Source: Catajapyx aquilonaris (lineage: Eukaryota). Taken from it: a stretch of DNA of 64,000 nucleotides. The translations under genes were made by a program, and so were the position numbers. Below, in pieces: positions 27,110 to 41,439 of the stretch; position 1 is the first letter of the stretch, and each line of letters opens with the position of its first letter. The notes under the pieces are model-generated. The model searched no databases, was not told the origin of the DNA, and saw only the letters and a program-made list of their open reading frames with translations. The stretch covers positions 1-64,000 of the forward strand of contig KZ538381.1 in assembly GCA_000934665.2 (NCBI GenBank), given 5' to 3'.

Positions 27110-27370
27110 TATATTTTCTTCGAACTCCGTGCAGGGAAGAAAGGACATGAGGTATAGGGATGGGGATTTTTGCTGGGGAGGAAACATTGGTGCTGGTGCA
27201 ATGTCTGAAACTGGGTCATGTGCAGTCTCCCTGGAGGTTAGGTTGCTAGACGCCTCCAAGGCGCGGGTCAGAGACCCTCCTGACGCAGGCGAAAGGGAGC
27301 TCCCGTGCGGGGATCGAACCCGGGACTTTCCGCTCAGCAAGCCAAGTCGTTACCAACTCGGCCACCATCG
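27110..27370 (-). mobile_element. tRNA-derived SINE, family B copy 2
   Basis: Reverse complement aligns with 12306-12568 (CCTTGGAGGCGTCT, CCTAACCTCCAGGGAGACTGCACATGACCCAGT, CATGTCCTTTCTTCCCT). Confidence 0.88.
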
Positions 27371-27719
27371 TAAAGGGTGCAATATTGTCACTGACATGTC
27401 TTCTCAGCGGCGAATTCAATAAAAGATCAATTATGCACATCTCTGGTAAGTGTTAGTCAGAGAGAGGGGGGGGGGGACGCAAGATAATAAAGTATTGAAT
27501 ATTACTTATTTCCCATGGCATAGGCGAATCTAATGGTTTCCGATTTTACGCAGCCGATTTTCAGATTGAAAACATGCCCAATGGAGGCTACATCGTGGAG
27601 GATAATGTTTCCCCGGAATACAAGGTAAGGGACGAAATAAACTTTTGTTCATCAGCCGTTGATCAGGATTAAAAATACTATCGGTGGCCCATACTATATA
27701 TCAATACCCCTGCAGTATA

Positions 27720-27810
27720 CAGGGTGTTCCAGATTCGTGGGTCACTTTTTGATAACTGCTATCGGCGATATCAGTTATGAAAAAGTGACCCACGAATCTG
27801 GAACACCCTG
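27720..27810. mobile_element. 91-bp near-perfect palindromic MITE, short form of the 10341 family
   Basis: CAGGGTGTTCCAGATTCGTGGGTCACTTTTT ... AAAAAGTGACCCACGAATCTGGAACACCCTG; TA on the left, CA on the right. Confidence 0.9.
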
Positions 27811-30800
27811 CATATGCCAAAATATGTTCCATAATTATTAAGCTTACATCTCTATCGGTAGAACTGTCACGTACGCCCACAAGTTCTGTTGGCACCCTGA
27901 AGGGGAGGAAAGGAAAAGGGGGGGAAATGAGATTGGAAAGATAGTCTATACTATAGAACTAGAAAGATGAAGTTTGCAGAGGGGCTGCGCACTCGGCTGC
28001 GCACTCAGGAATACCAACTTGACGCAAAGAATCCGGAACATTTCAACAAATGCGGATGATAACTAAATTAACTTATACTGTCGGTATAACACACGATATA
28101 TGCCCACTTGACCATAAAGACTCATAATACTAATATACTATAACGCCAATCGTTACTAAAATATTGCATGCCGTGGCAAAATCTGTTTGCCTCCTTTGCA
28201 ATGCACAAAATTCCAAATAGGCTATATTACTACACAAACATAATTTAATACTATTAAAATTGGTGCCTTCAGGCAAATATTTACACAATTTCTCAGTGGG
28301 AAATATTCATAATGGAAGGCTTGGCAATACGCAATGTAATAAAGATTTTCAGAAACAACATTTTGAATTAACTTTGTGATGCACCAGAGAGTCGAAAGGA
28401 ATTATTTTTTACCTATTGCATCCGATTTTGGTTTCCACATATGAAGTGGTAGCATCACATGTATTATTTGCGATTCCCCCAGTAGTTTGATGAATTTCGA
28501 ATTTTAAACTTTTAGGTGAACCATCAACATGCAATATGAGGTTTTTAAAAATGTGATTTAATAGTATGTGTTTATTTTTATATATACAGGTAATATGCAT
28601 AAGAACCTGCTTGTTGCATAATTCATAAATCAAAATAGGAAGTTTGAGTTGTTTTTTTAATTTAGACATTTCCATCAGTACATCAGTATCCAAATATGGC
28701 TGTGCATAACAATAAAAAACCATGTGCTGCAATTAATATTGCCCGCCTTCTAATTCGTCACACATCCTAAGTCAAAATCTTACATGGATTGAAAGTTATA
28801 ATATCAATTAGGAATAAAAGCTAATAATCGTAAATAAGGTTGTACAAAATCGGCTGTATATATTGGGCGGAAGGGAGTCAGGTAAAGAATTATATAGAGT
28901 TGAGCCTCAAGCTGCACCTACCCTCCCTATCATATGACAGATGTGAGCCATAAAAATAATAATTATAATGACAATATATTGCGGGAATGCTGCTGAGGGG
29001 CATCCATATTATTTGTACGCATCAAGATACGAAAGCATATATATATATGGTTCAGAATTGAGTGGGTCGGCGGAAGAAGGGCGTCAAAATCATTATGAAA
29101 CACCCTGTATAGAGAGGGTATAATTACGCAAGGGAATTTCTACAGTCTCGTTTCTGGCCTCATGGTCGTTGAGACGAATACATTGCTAACAGGGTTGACA
29201 TGACGTTTATCATTGATCAGCAGTGACTGGGCAATTGGAAACGTGAGGTTGGGGACTAGCAAGCAGCACCCCCTCCCCTTTCATTAAAAATAAGATTGGC
29301 ATGGGTGGCACGTGAACAAGCAAAAGAGGGTAGCTTGATTTAGCCAAACGAAGACTCACTTGGAATTTTCCATCTAAGAGCCTCAACAATGAGCACTCTG
29401 TATGTGTTACATGCAGCATCCGACCACCCAGCACAGCCTGAGAATCTTTTTTAGGAAATATGCTGCATACAATTATGACTGAGGGTCTCGGGTCATCGGA
29501 GATTTTGAGATATTTGATTTTAAAAGACACGGTACTGATCCCTTTTCTATAACAGCAGGAATGAGGAAATATATTATATATAGGCATTTGGATGCTCCGG
29601 TGTACTGTACGTACACCTTGAGTGGTGCTCCGGTTTTACTATCAGCCTTTCAAAATTTACGCCGATTATAGGTCATGAGCTGGTTCAGCGAGAATATTTA
29701 GAAAACTATATGGGAACATAATAAGCCCTTTCAAAGTGATTGCAGGAAAGCTCATTATTGTGAAACACTCAATCAAAAAATCACATGTCACTCGGATGTC
29801 ATAAATGAATCATATGGATGTCACGTACCGTATACTTATTAAAATTGGTGTCTATATAATATGTGACTACCGCTCACAATCAGCTATTTTTTTGCAATGC
29901 TAAATTGGCACAGACATGACCTGACCATCATTACGATCCTGCCAACAAAATGAAACTGACATGGGGTGATGCCAGTTGTTATGTATAGGTCTAATTACAT
30001 ACTAATTTTGCTAAATAATAAAACCTAATCCTTTGAAAAATATAGCACATTATGCACATCCGGGTGTACACTGCTGTCAAAGTTGTCGGTTCAAGAGGGG
30101 GGTGTATTATATTGTATATTATTATATTGTATATAAAGTGAGTCTCTGAAGGTATAGCGTATATAAGACGCAAGCCTATAAACAAAGTGGATCAGTGTTC
30201 AACATGCAGCGAAATTCATGCCATTCTTTTAATCTGAAGTTCACGCAAATAATCAGCCAAACTCTATACAGCATGCGTGATGTATAAAATTGCACTGAAT
30301 CACACATACATTTTAATTTCTGGTGACATGGACCTTATGTTTACTTTGAAAATAAAATTATTTTGTCAAAAGGCCGTACATGAGATTTACACAGACACAT
30401 TACTTATATTTTTATAGGCGAATCTACTGCCCTGTTGTCATTATGTGAAACAGAGCATATTGAGGTTTAATACTTTTACAACAGTCATAATATAACTTAT
30501 TAATCTTTGTGGCAAAAAAAAAATCGGCGTTGTTATTCCATGCTGTTGTTTTTAAAACTAATGGAGTTATTTTCCACCTGCTTTATGAAGATGCATTATA
30601 AATACAGGGTTCGTTCCTTTATTTTACATGATGAGGATACATTTTAATATAGGTCAAAGGATCCAAAGGAAGTCCGGTTTCATCCATCCAGAAATCAAGG
30701 TTGAAATGCTGTAAGATTGTGAGGACATGTAGCATGTATTAATTGCGACAACCAACAAGATGCAGGTGACATTGACATTTTGACTCACCTTCGAGCACTG

Positions 30801-33800
30801 TATTTCAATTGCAGTAGACGTTTTAGTGAGCACTATTTTGGACATAAGTGGCTTATTTTAAGCAGTTATTTTTCTGGCTCTCAAAAAATATTAGCAGTTA
30901 TAGTAATGGATTCTCTTTAGGTCCTGCTGTAATGCAACTTTACTCGTGTTACGACATTGTGAATGCTAATAGGGATTCCCTAGAACCCCCTATATCCGAG
31001 GTCAAATGTTTCAAAAGAGTAACACATAAGAGGCCAAAATAAGGTGGCAATAGAAACACTATATTGCTCTGTGGCTCTGCAAATGACACCGTTACTTGTA
31101 TATTGTAGGACCCTGAATCCAGTGACAGCAGCCAATAGACGTAATAAGTAACCCCTATTCAGCACCTGTACCAAATAACCCTGCTTATTGTCGAGTCCTG
31201 TATAGGCAGGGTTAGGTGTTGTTAAGAACTGGAGTCAGGTAGGCGCTGTTGGTCGGGGCACTATGAGTGCCCTGATGGACTCATTATAGGGTGTCAAAGA
31301 GCCGAAGCCATATAGCAATTAAGGCAGTGAAGGTATATCGGTCGGTGAGAGTCCCACGGGAGAGTGGATGAGCCGGATTCCCACCGTGGCCACCAAAGTG
31401 AGGGTCCCGCCAAGGAGGGGCAACTCGACGGCCGCTGTCTTTTGACCACGGATCCAGCTTGTTGGCAAGCGGTGTCATAGCAAAGGCGCCAAATGTCCAA
31501 ACAGCCTCCCGCGCTGTTGCCAAAACACGTCACTCACCTGATTTACTACCCGCCGAGGTGGGAGGAGATGAACCGGGGTCTTCCTCGTCTTCTAACTTGT
31601 AAATCCCCCCCAACCTGTATAGAATCCGGGGGACCCCTTATGGTCTACGGATAGATCCCTCTTATCCTTCGAACCTTTGCCACCGCCACCACCACTGTTG
31701 CAATTCTTCACGCTGCCTGTCTGCAGACACCAACAGGGACAAGTCCGCATAGAAAAAGGTGTTTTGGTGACCACCCGCATGCATTGACCCCACCTCTTCA
31801 TTTTTCCCGGGCCTTTTGAGTGGAAAAGACCGATGACTTTTCCGCTCACTTATTGTGTCCTTTGTGGTCGGGACGGTTGAAACATTTCGCTCAAATTGAG
31901 GGGAATCCTATTCCTTACGGACATGGCTGCGTGGAGGTCATTTATCCTGGAGGAAGTCAAGCGGCATGCCAAAGGGATTCTATGGCTATAGGGAGAGGAT
32001 CCATCCCGACCTAGCAGGTGACACAAGGGCTTGGACTACGTGCTAGTGGATGGCTTTGTGCCGACACATTTGCCTCACCACTCAGTGAGTCCCGTTGGGA
32101 AGAGTCTGGAATAGATGGGGTTTGTCCAATATGGGAGTGTCGCCTATATTTCGTGATTTATATATTTTTAAAAAATTTGCGTTAATATTGCTAAAAGAAA
32201 CCAGCTGGTGGGTGCAGCGATATGGGCCTGAAAGGGTTAGCCCATATCAATGACGATTCTTTCAACACTTAATTTTATAATAATAAATTAAGGCCAATTT
32301 TAGCACCTTGATGTTCTGTTAGATCGTTCAATTTTTATTTTATTTTTATTTGGAAAATCACAGTCATTGGTCAGTTTTTTGTGTAATATCTTCCAAGTTC
32401 GTGAAAGCACAATTGGAGCTGTCTGACGCCTGAATGACACTTGGAATCATTTCGTTGCCCTATACCCCTCTATAATCTGTCATTAGCACCAATAATGGAA
32501 GCCATAAATTGAAAAGCCAGAAAGTCATTGTAATCTGGCCGTAAACCCAAGCGGAAACTAATTTATTACAGCAGGCAGCAGGAATGAAAGATAAGAATTG
32601 AAATTGTCTCAATCAAGCCCCAGATTTTTGGGTACGTTGGCACACATGAAGCGTGATGATAATTAAGGGGTTGAGAGGTGGAGAGGAATGGTTTGGGAAT
32701 GTGGTCCCTCTTACCCTTTTTTTTTTTTTTAAAAAAAAAAGGTCCCCTCTGTTTCGCTATCTTGACGAAGCAGAAGGCAATGAAGCTCGTTTCAGACCAT
32801 TAGCTCCAGGAGGTCACCCGGAAACGATTGTTGTCACCCTGAATCCCCCCTCCAGTTCTTCTCGTTAGAAGGCCGGTCTGCTCGTCACTCTTCTGCCTCT
32901 TGTATGCGGCGGCTCGGTTTGGGGGGAAACAAGGCTGGATGCCTTGCCTGGACGGCCACCCCTACAAGTTTGGGCCTCAACAAAGCGGCCGCCCTTTCAA
33001 CCTGGGGTCCCCCCTACGACAAAACACTGAGTGACAAGCACGGTGGCCATGTCCCATTATTTATCGGCCGATAAGCCGCTTGACACTTTATCACCTAGTG
33101 GCTCGTTCGTTGGTCCGCATTCGTTAGCTGGGTGGGATGGATGGGCAGGTAGGTTAGGTAGAGGTAGGAGAAACACAGAGGGGTTTGCTTTCTCATGTTG
33201 CCGATGGTTCCAATTAGAAGTTAATGCCCTTGTTTCCGGCCAATTGGGCCGGCTGCGCTTAGTTTGCGCCTCATTTTGATCGGTCAACTTCCTGTAAACA
33301 TTGCGACTTATCAGAGGGACAATAGGGGCCAGATGTTGCTGGAGGTGTTTTAGAGAGGAACATGGGTTACAGGTAACGGAAGGGATTATTTCAGTTGAGT
33401 TGACGGTCATTTATGTGCTGCATTATCGCCCCGACAACCGAGAGCTGGTTAGTTTGGGAATAATTAATTATTCATATCACATTGTAGGCTAATGACATCT
33501 ATCAATCATCAATGCCGGCTTGTAGCTACAATTAACAATTCCAATTCAGTTTTGTAAAAATGGCGAAAATTAACTGTGAAGTTAAAGTATGGGATAATAC
33601 AGTTATTGCACCTTGCTACAGAAACGCAGTCCTATTTTGGCACATGTTTATTACAAGTTGAAGACCATGAATGAGGAATATTATATCTATATCCACCATT
33701 AAGAGTCAATAGTAGCACTCTAACTAATTATCATGGTGTTGATCTGTGCACTAGATGGCTCAAACTACCGAGTAGCGTGGCCTTGATATTCTTACTTGAG

Positions 33801-35781
33801 ATTTTCAGTGTGAGAGTAAGTATAAACGTGTTACACCAGTATAGGGTAGTGAATGTGAAAACAACATATCCCCGTTAATCCTGGTGTAAAGTGGGAAGTA
33901 AAAACAAAGTAGCCCTAAGTCTCGTCCTCGAAATTGATGCACGAGCAACGAAAACACCAAAACGAAATTACGACGTACGTAATTATTGCAATACAGCAAA
34001 AATTTTGGCCCAAAAACCAATCAACGCATAACGGAGACTTGCATGTGAAGAAGATGCTCTTCGTGTCTCTCCTGCAGGTCTGACTTTGATGTTTGCCGGT
34101 GAGCTCTGAATTTTTTCGGTCCACCGGGAGTGCTTAGTGACAGCGACACTCCCACGAGTATCCTCCTGGGGACATCCCAAGCAGGGATTAAAATATTTCG
34201 GGGTCCCACAAATCCCTGAAAGTAAATGAGCGATCCACACCCCTGTCCCGTTAGGTGTCTGCAAAATTGACATCACACTCAATATAAGCTCTGACACATG
34301 GCCAGCGGTTCTCAACCTTTTCCGTGTAGCATGTATAGGCCTCCAACTTCCTAATTGCGGGATAAGTGTAGGCCTACTTGTTGAGTTAGTTACAGCTTAC
34401 CCTTCGTGTACGTGTGGACTGGGAGTGAAATCGACTTAATGAGCCCAGTTTGTGTCCAGGAATAAACCCTGCAGCGTGGTATGCTCTCCGCACATTCCAA
34501 GGTACTCTATAGAATCCAAATCTTGATCAACCCACGACACACCCAAATCACACTTGCTCATACGTGACTCAAGCCCAATGTCCGCTTCAGTTTTCACCCT
34601 TTTTGTCCAAATTACTATTTAGGAACGAAAGACATGAAATCAGTAGGGCCATTGCGTGCAGTCGCCTTTTTTTAAAAACAAAAATACGAGCACGTTTAGT
34701 AACCACATTTATTTACCAGTGGCTCATCCTAGTGTGCGTATCTACCTACCTATCTGTGTATATTGACTTAGTGTGAAAATTGGCTTGGCCCGTCTGATTC
34801 CTTCCAAGGGAGGGACCCCGCCCTGGTGTCCCCGGATGTTTCGGCAAGATATTTCGATTTATGGGGTTCGGCAGCCGTTCCGGGAAAGCCCGATAAGGCC
34901 CCAGTGCTGCAGGGAGGGTGGGGTGGCTGGATGGGAGTTGAGGGGGGGAGGCTAGTAGCATGCTGGGGTAGGCGCACTTTATCGGATGAGCCACGTGGTA
35001 GTGGGAGTGAGTGAGTGGATGGGGTAGAATGGGGGGCTATAATGGCCGCCCGGCACGGACAAGCTGGGGGGGCCAAAGGGGGGGTGCGGTGGGGGGCAGG
35101 CCCCGCCCTTTTCGTCTGCGTCACGCCGGAGGTTCCGCCTGGTGGAGGGAACCTATTATCATTCTGCTGCACCCCACCCACCCACCCACTCTGCCTGGCA
35201 CTCTATCGCAGACACCGACAATGTGAAAATTCACACGTGGGAATTACAGCTGGGGTGAGAGAATTGATTCAAACACTCGGATATTTGCAGCAGGTCCATT
35301 GCATTTATGACCCTCACTATTGCATTGGAGGAGGTCTGATCTGATTCTGTCAGGGCGTGTGAACGGATACAATTCATTGAACTGTGTTTTGTTCAGGTCA
35401 GGCCCGCAGCAGGTTGCTTGTAGGTGTCACCTCCAAGGAAGCACAGTCACACAAAGAGTGTTCATTCAAATGCTTATATTAGTCTCATTTGTAAGTTATT
35501 TTAAATATTTTTATCCAAAAATGAAATATTAAAGCATTTCTACTGGGGATTGTAATTACTCTATTAGAAAACTGACTCGAGCACCAAAAAGTAGAGCCGA
35601 TGTTCCATGGGCTACAGTAAGACTACACACTTCCTATAAGTAACTCAATATCGACCAAAATGCGACTACTCCTTCTGCATTTCAAGTCTTCATCAGATAG
35701 AACGTTAGAAAGACCTCGAAAATTACAATAATTGGAAACATTCCCTATCTCCCAACTTCATCAGTACATGTAGTACGTATA

Positions 35782-36192
35782 CTATATGGGGCTCAAATTG
35801 TTTTGGCCACTTTATCCTGGTCTGGAAGCAACCCTTCGCACAGGCACCACGTTGAGCAGGTGTGCGGGTGTGTGGGTATTCAGGTCTCGCATAGGGTCTG
35901 GGGACCAAGGTTGGTGTTTTGACTGTAGCTCTGGGGACATGCTCTATATTGTGGGGACATTTCGCGTCCCCACAGCAAAAACGCCTGGTGGGATACCGCT
36001 TCAGTGGGGACATGTCCCCACAATTCCGTTATGTAGGGTTTTACAAAAGTCAAATTTTCTCAGTCTAGGATAGGTAGGGTAGGGTATACGTTAGGGTAGG
36101 TTAGGTATGGTTAGGTTAGGTTAGATCAGTTGTTTATACACTCGCTTCGAAAATGTGTTTTTCTTGTCCCCAGCACAGCCTATTGGATCCCT

Positions 36193-36231
<39 letters not shown>

Positions 36232-36285
36232 GGGTTGCTTCAAGACCAGGATAAAGTGGCCAAAACAATATTTGAACCCGATTAG
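35782..36285. mobile_element. MITE with about 60-bp TIRs carrying an inserted element
   Basis: TTGTTTTGGCCACTTTATCCTGGTCTGGAAGCAACCCTTC at the left pairs with GAAGGGTTGCTTCAAGACCAGGATAAAGTGGCCAAAACAA at the right. Confidence 0.85.
35876..36195. mobile_element. Nested GT-flanked element with GGGGAC/GTCCCC motifs and a degenerate (TTAGG)n block
   Basis: Subterminal inverted repeat TCAGG..ATAGG..CTGGGGAC / GTCCCCAG..CCTAT..CCTGA; TTAGG/TAGGG repeats at about 36066-36124; followed by (GT)n at 36196-36229. Confidence 0.55.
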
Positions 36286-36435
36286 TACACAGTATGGATG
36301 TTATTCGTGAAAAGAAAGGGTCATACTGAATTGAAAAGTGAAAATGAGCACATATCCAATTATTATAACATTATTTTAAAAAGGGGTTTAATATATGTGG
36401 TTGAATATGCTCCGTCCAAAAGTGCTGACGAATTA

Positions 36436-36552
36436 GGACCAGTTGTATGAAAACAAATTACGGAAGACCTCCGATTATAGGTATTTTCAATACATAATCA
36501 TGCAGTCATAATCGGAGATTTCCTACTTAATTTGGGTTTATGCACCTGGTCC
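36436..36552. mobile_element. PIF/Harbinger-like hairpin MITE
   Basis: TTA|GGACCAGTTGTAT...CTCCGATTAT pairs with ATAATCGGAG...ATGCACCTGGTCC|TTA; TTA target duplication on both sides. Confidence 0.8.
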
Positions 36553-36897
36553 TTATAGTCACGCCGAAAAGCAATGATTAACCTATTTTTTATGATCGAC
36601 AACTACGCAACCACGGTTGCACAGCTTCCAGGATACCACAGCCAGGTTAGTCTGCATCTTATAAAAGCTTACAGGCTGCTGGTGCATTGTCCAAATGCCC
36701 CCATCAGTTCAAGAAGGGAAAAATAGTTACCATATCATGCATCACTGTAAAGAGAAACAATCCGTTTTATTGGAAGCAACCAATATGGTCCTGGTTGCTG
36801 GACGCAGCTGGGCAATTCATGGGTGTACAAGTATGTGCATATAGGTGTGTAAATTATGTATAACTCTGCATGCATACAATAAAATGTAAACATAGGC

Positions 36898-37003
<106 letters not shown>

Positions 37004-40000
37004 TAGGCTATATAATACACAGGTATAACGCAAGTTGCTTTGTATGTTAGATTGAGATGATAAAGGAGTATTTTTTTAAAATTCTTTCCACGTTTTTTGT
37101 TGTACTGTCTATAACAGTTTCGAAACAACAGCGGTACGGTATGTTACATAATTTAGGCTACGCATTTTTGAACAAGTTATTTATCATCTTCAAAAAATAT
37201 TTATGCGAGTTAGTCTTTAGCAGAACTGCCGGAAAACCAGTAGACAAGTATTGACTATATTTTGACTATACTACACTGTATTATATACTTTTGAACCCTG
37301 ATGCCTATGATATTGGAATAATTTAGCGGAACCTTAAAACATATAATGAGGTATGCATCTGTACGGGATAAACTTATACAGCATTATAGCGTAGTTTACA
37401 TGTAAACTACACTATAATGTATAAGTTTAGCGCTGTTCATAAAGAATTTACTGATTGATTTATTTATCACTATTGCTGACGTCATATTCTGTTGCGATAG
37501 TTTTCTTCGAGATCCACAGCCCTGCACATTGTTTGTCGCGTCTTCTACTTGTATAATCCTGGAACCCATACTTGTGTTGAAGTTTCTATACATAGTGCAC
37601 TTAAATAATATCCTTAAGTATACAAGTACGGTACACTGTAAGTTATACTTGTATACGTATTTGAGGAAGCTCTCGCGGGTAGAGGAATGGTATATAGCCT
37701 TCTACATATTGCATGAGAGGGATGAAACAAAAGAGGTCCATAACAATTAACTTTCAGAATAAAATAAATTCGACACTGTTGGCTCCCGGATGTAAAGATT
37801 CGATCCAGTCACAAACGACATCACCATCAAGGAAGAATGTCCTTATATGCTTAATCTCAGCTGCTCATTATTTTATGCGTAAAATGAGGTAACATATTTT
37901 AAGTGTTGTTTGTGATGCACTTTTTTCCTAGAATTATCCTGCACACTTTTTGGAACAACTGTAAGGGAATGGTCTTATAATACATCAGGAGTCATAACAA
38001 CATACAATACTGCTGTATATACTCTTTACCGTATGGTTGAAGTTACAAGATGCCTTGGCTGAATAGTCAGCTGGTGTGTAATGTCAGTATAGGTTACTAC
38101 AATCATAATGGTTCAGTTATTATTCGCCTTTTCTGCGTGCATCTGACCATATACTCCAGAAATTCGGACTGGTGGTTATATGGTGAGGTGTACCGCAAGG
38201 TATATTGCTTGATGATCTTTCGTCATCGCGGACTACCCTCTTATATATAGGAAAACGTCGTGATGCATTAAATTAATTAATTATTATTAAGACTTTTATA
38301 TGTGATGGGGTGGCACCTGCTGATGCTGATGAACTCTTACTAACCAGAAAAGCCAACGTAAGCCTATGCAGTATATACAGCACAATATTATGAACATGAT
38401 TTGAAGGGCAGTAAAAAGGTAAGTGCTGTATTGATGGTTTCACAAATGCAACGCTGAATGCAAAAGATTGCCGTGGAAATGTAGCCTATCTGCAATCTGC
38501 ACAATGAAAACCGGAGCCAGGCAGGCATCCAACCACACAAAATGCGCAAAGTGCGCCAATTATAAAGCGGGCAAGCAGCATCATTAGTGTCGGAATAGTG
38601 AGCCAATCCCTCCGTACAAATGGATCATCACAATGTAAAACCGGCATTGGGCGATAACGTGGGAACACTAGTGGCCAACTGATAACCTATCTGAATTAGC
38701 GCATAATTAATTGCTCCCATGACAATCAGGCCGGCCAGCCATCCTCGGATATAATGCCAACCATGCACCAATAGTTCTCATGTGTGTGTATGTGTGTGGA
38801 TCCAGCGTGGGTGTGATGGGGTGGGTGGATGGGCCGTTGAGTCCGGCGGCCACATGCGAGTACACGGAATAATAACCCTATAAACAGCGGTGGTCGTTTT
38901 TGCTGGATGGCGATATGGCAGCGCATATGTATGAACACTGCAAATAGGGCCTAATGCAATTGTTTCCCATTGGCCAGCTCGACCTCGCATGATTCACCCC
39001 GAATTACCCTCCCATAACCATAACGCAATGGAAACGTTCCACCCTGGCTCTTTTTTGTGCCCCTGCTGTGGTGTGTTTCTCTTCTTCTTTTTATTTCTTG
39101 CTGCCACCACCAGCAGGCCACCCATAGCCAGCACCCGTGATCAGCAGCCATGCAGCAGGCAGGCATCAGCCAACCCCCCTACATCAGCGATTATCCGGCG
39201 CTTAATAACCGGGTTAATTAGCCTAATTCGTTTTCCATTTTAAATCCGGGCTCGTGAGCCAGTAGAAGGGGATTGATAGCGTTTCCGATCATTATGGACG
39301 ATTATCCTCCCATCTGAGACAGATATTATTCTGGGGCAAATTGCGCTTTCCCACCTTATTAACTCTTCATCAGTTGGTGTATATATGGATGGGGGCCTTG
39401 CCAGCTCATTTGCACTGATTGGGGGGGAAGGAAGGAGGGACTCGCCCTCTACATCATGTATAGTCATTTCCTGACTATATATCCCATGCACCACCGAAAT
39501 GATCAACTCTCATTGCCCTTTTCATCGGGGTGCACCCTACCGACAGGCGAATGTTACTATGGTATCAATTAATTACAGCGTTGCATGATATGTGAGTAGG
39601 CCCCAAGAAGAGCCCATTCGTTGTTAGTGACAGCAGGCATGCCTTCATCCCCCCCACGCAAGACAAGACCAGATTCGTTTCCGGGAACAGGGCTGTAATT
39701 ATGCCCTCATCAGTTTCTTGCTCGCCTGCTTGATCATCACTTGAGCCTGGATGATCATCATCCGCGCCCTTCTCATTTCATCTTGCCTTTCAACCAATAA
39801 GTTACCAGACCAGAGGGTATAGTTTAACAAACGCGAGCATGGCTAACATGCTGCCTATATTGCGTAATGTGATAATGAGGCTTGTCGTCAGACTCTTGAT
39901 TGCACAATTTTCAATACAAAATGATTCCACTTGAATGTATGAAGAATATTAATTACTCGTTGTAACTTTAAAAAGGTGTCAGGTTTATCATAATGTACTC

Positions 40001-40638
40001 TGTCGTCCGGTGTCATAATATAGTTTGACGAATGCGTCTTATAACAAGGTTACAACACAACTTACAATCAAGGATAAGTTTGATTAAAACGCGATTCACA
40101 TTTAGGCTTACACTGTATCTAGTTAATGCAGGGAAATGCTTTTTGACATTGACGTCTTGCAATAACTTTTCTTAACTGAGATACGCATAATTTCGGAAGA
40201 CAGCGTCAAATGAATAATGCTGACGCTTGTCAGAAGCAAGGCCACGAATACGAAATGATCCGGGAAATGCTCGCCAACAAACTAGACTGCTGGGCTCTTT
40301 TTGTTAAAATATGTGCACCTATATTACCAACTTTTTATACACGTAACACTTGGCATGATGGTATAGACTGGTCACGAAAGGCCTATTGTCAACGAATTTC
40401 AGACGGGAGTGCGATAACAAATCCAACAATGACAAGGACTCACATTCACGTGTTTTTACAGGAGGTATGTAAACATGCAGCAAGAACTAGGTTTATTGCT
40501 GTTTGGAGTAGGAAATATTTGTATGCGAGTGTGGCCACAAAAACTTCCCTGAGGATTATGTATAGAATGATTAGAATGATAGATTATGTATAGAAGGTAG
40601 TTGATGGGCCTTATAAGTTAGATGCATGCGGAAACCTT

Positions 40639-40810
40639 TTGGAAATCAAGCTTGGAAGATATTGTGCAACATTTCATATTCTTGCACTTAAAGTGTTCCT
40701 GTCGAGGTTGCGGTGTTGCGAAGGAGACACTGCATGGGTGACAAAAATTGGCATACCTTATCTTATACCACAACGATTCAGCAAGGACAAGTTGGAACAC
40801 GCTCATCATA
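40639..40810 (+). pseudogene. Possible decayed P-element/THAP9-like transposase fragment
   Basis: YLIPQRFSKDKLEH (40759-40800) resembles the Y-x-x-x-x-R-x-S/N-Q-D-x-L-E motif around the catalytic Glu of P-superfamily transposases; no other domain recognised. Confidence 0.3.
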
Positions 40811-41439
40811 GTCTACAATCATACAGTCTATATCACTCACGAGAGGCATAACAGCAGTATACAGAGGGAGATTTTTTTTCTCTCTCTTGCAATGTTCTGA
40901 TTTCAGTTATATAGTGAAATTAATGAATCTGTTTTTGCTTAAATTGTGAGATGATTACCATTTAAAACATTTCCGACATGCGCTAAAAATAACATATTGA
41001 CGGAACAAACTGGTAAGTTATAACATAGCGATATTCCGAATTTTTATACATTATTGTGTATAATGTACTGTATTATACAACTTCAAATGGTTTTCATATT
41101 ATGAATAAAGAGTTATATGCATTATATGATAGACCCCAAGTACGTAATTTGAATTCACATAATATTTTTTTCAAAACACTGAATCGTTGCAGCTGATGAC
41201 TGTATAATAAACACACAGCTCCGAGACCACCCGCCATGTACTGTACAGTACCTTTCCAGTTTCAAGTTGTCATGGGCTTTTCATTGATACTATTTCAGTG
41301 ATAACTTATTATAGAGGGCTGTAAAATTTAAATGACCATTTCCATAATTTATATTCTTGTGCATCTTTTACGCAGTAATAATATTCCACATGTTTGCTGA
41401 ATCCTATCTCTTTTGTTCTCTACTCTGAAAAAAACAAAG

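Noticed and set aside
30654..30900. Hydrophobic peptide NVTCILLVVAI faintly like a GPCR helix
   Set aside because: Single short segment with stops nearby and no other helices.
31260..32140. GC-richer blocks that might be decayed retrotransposon ORFs (also about 6300-7260, 18490-18830, 61430-61890)
   Set aside because: No diagnostic RT, endonuclease or zinc-knuckle motif recognised; needs a translated profile search.
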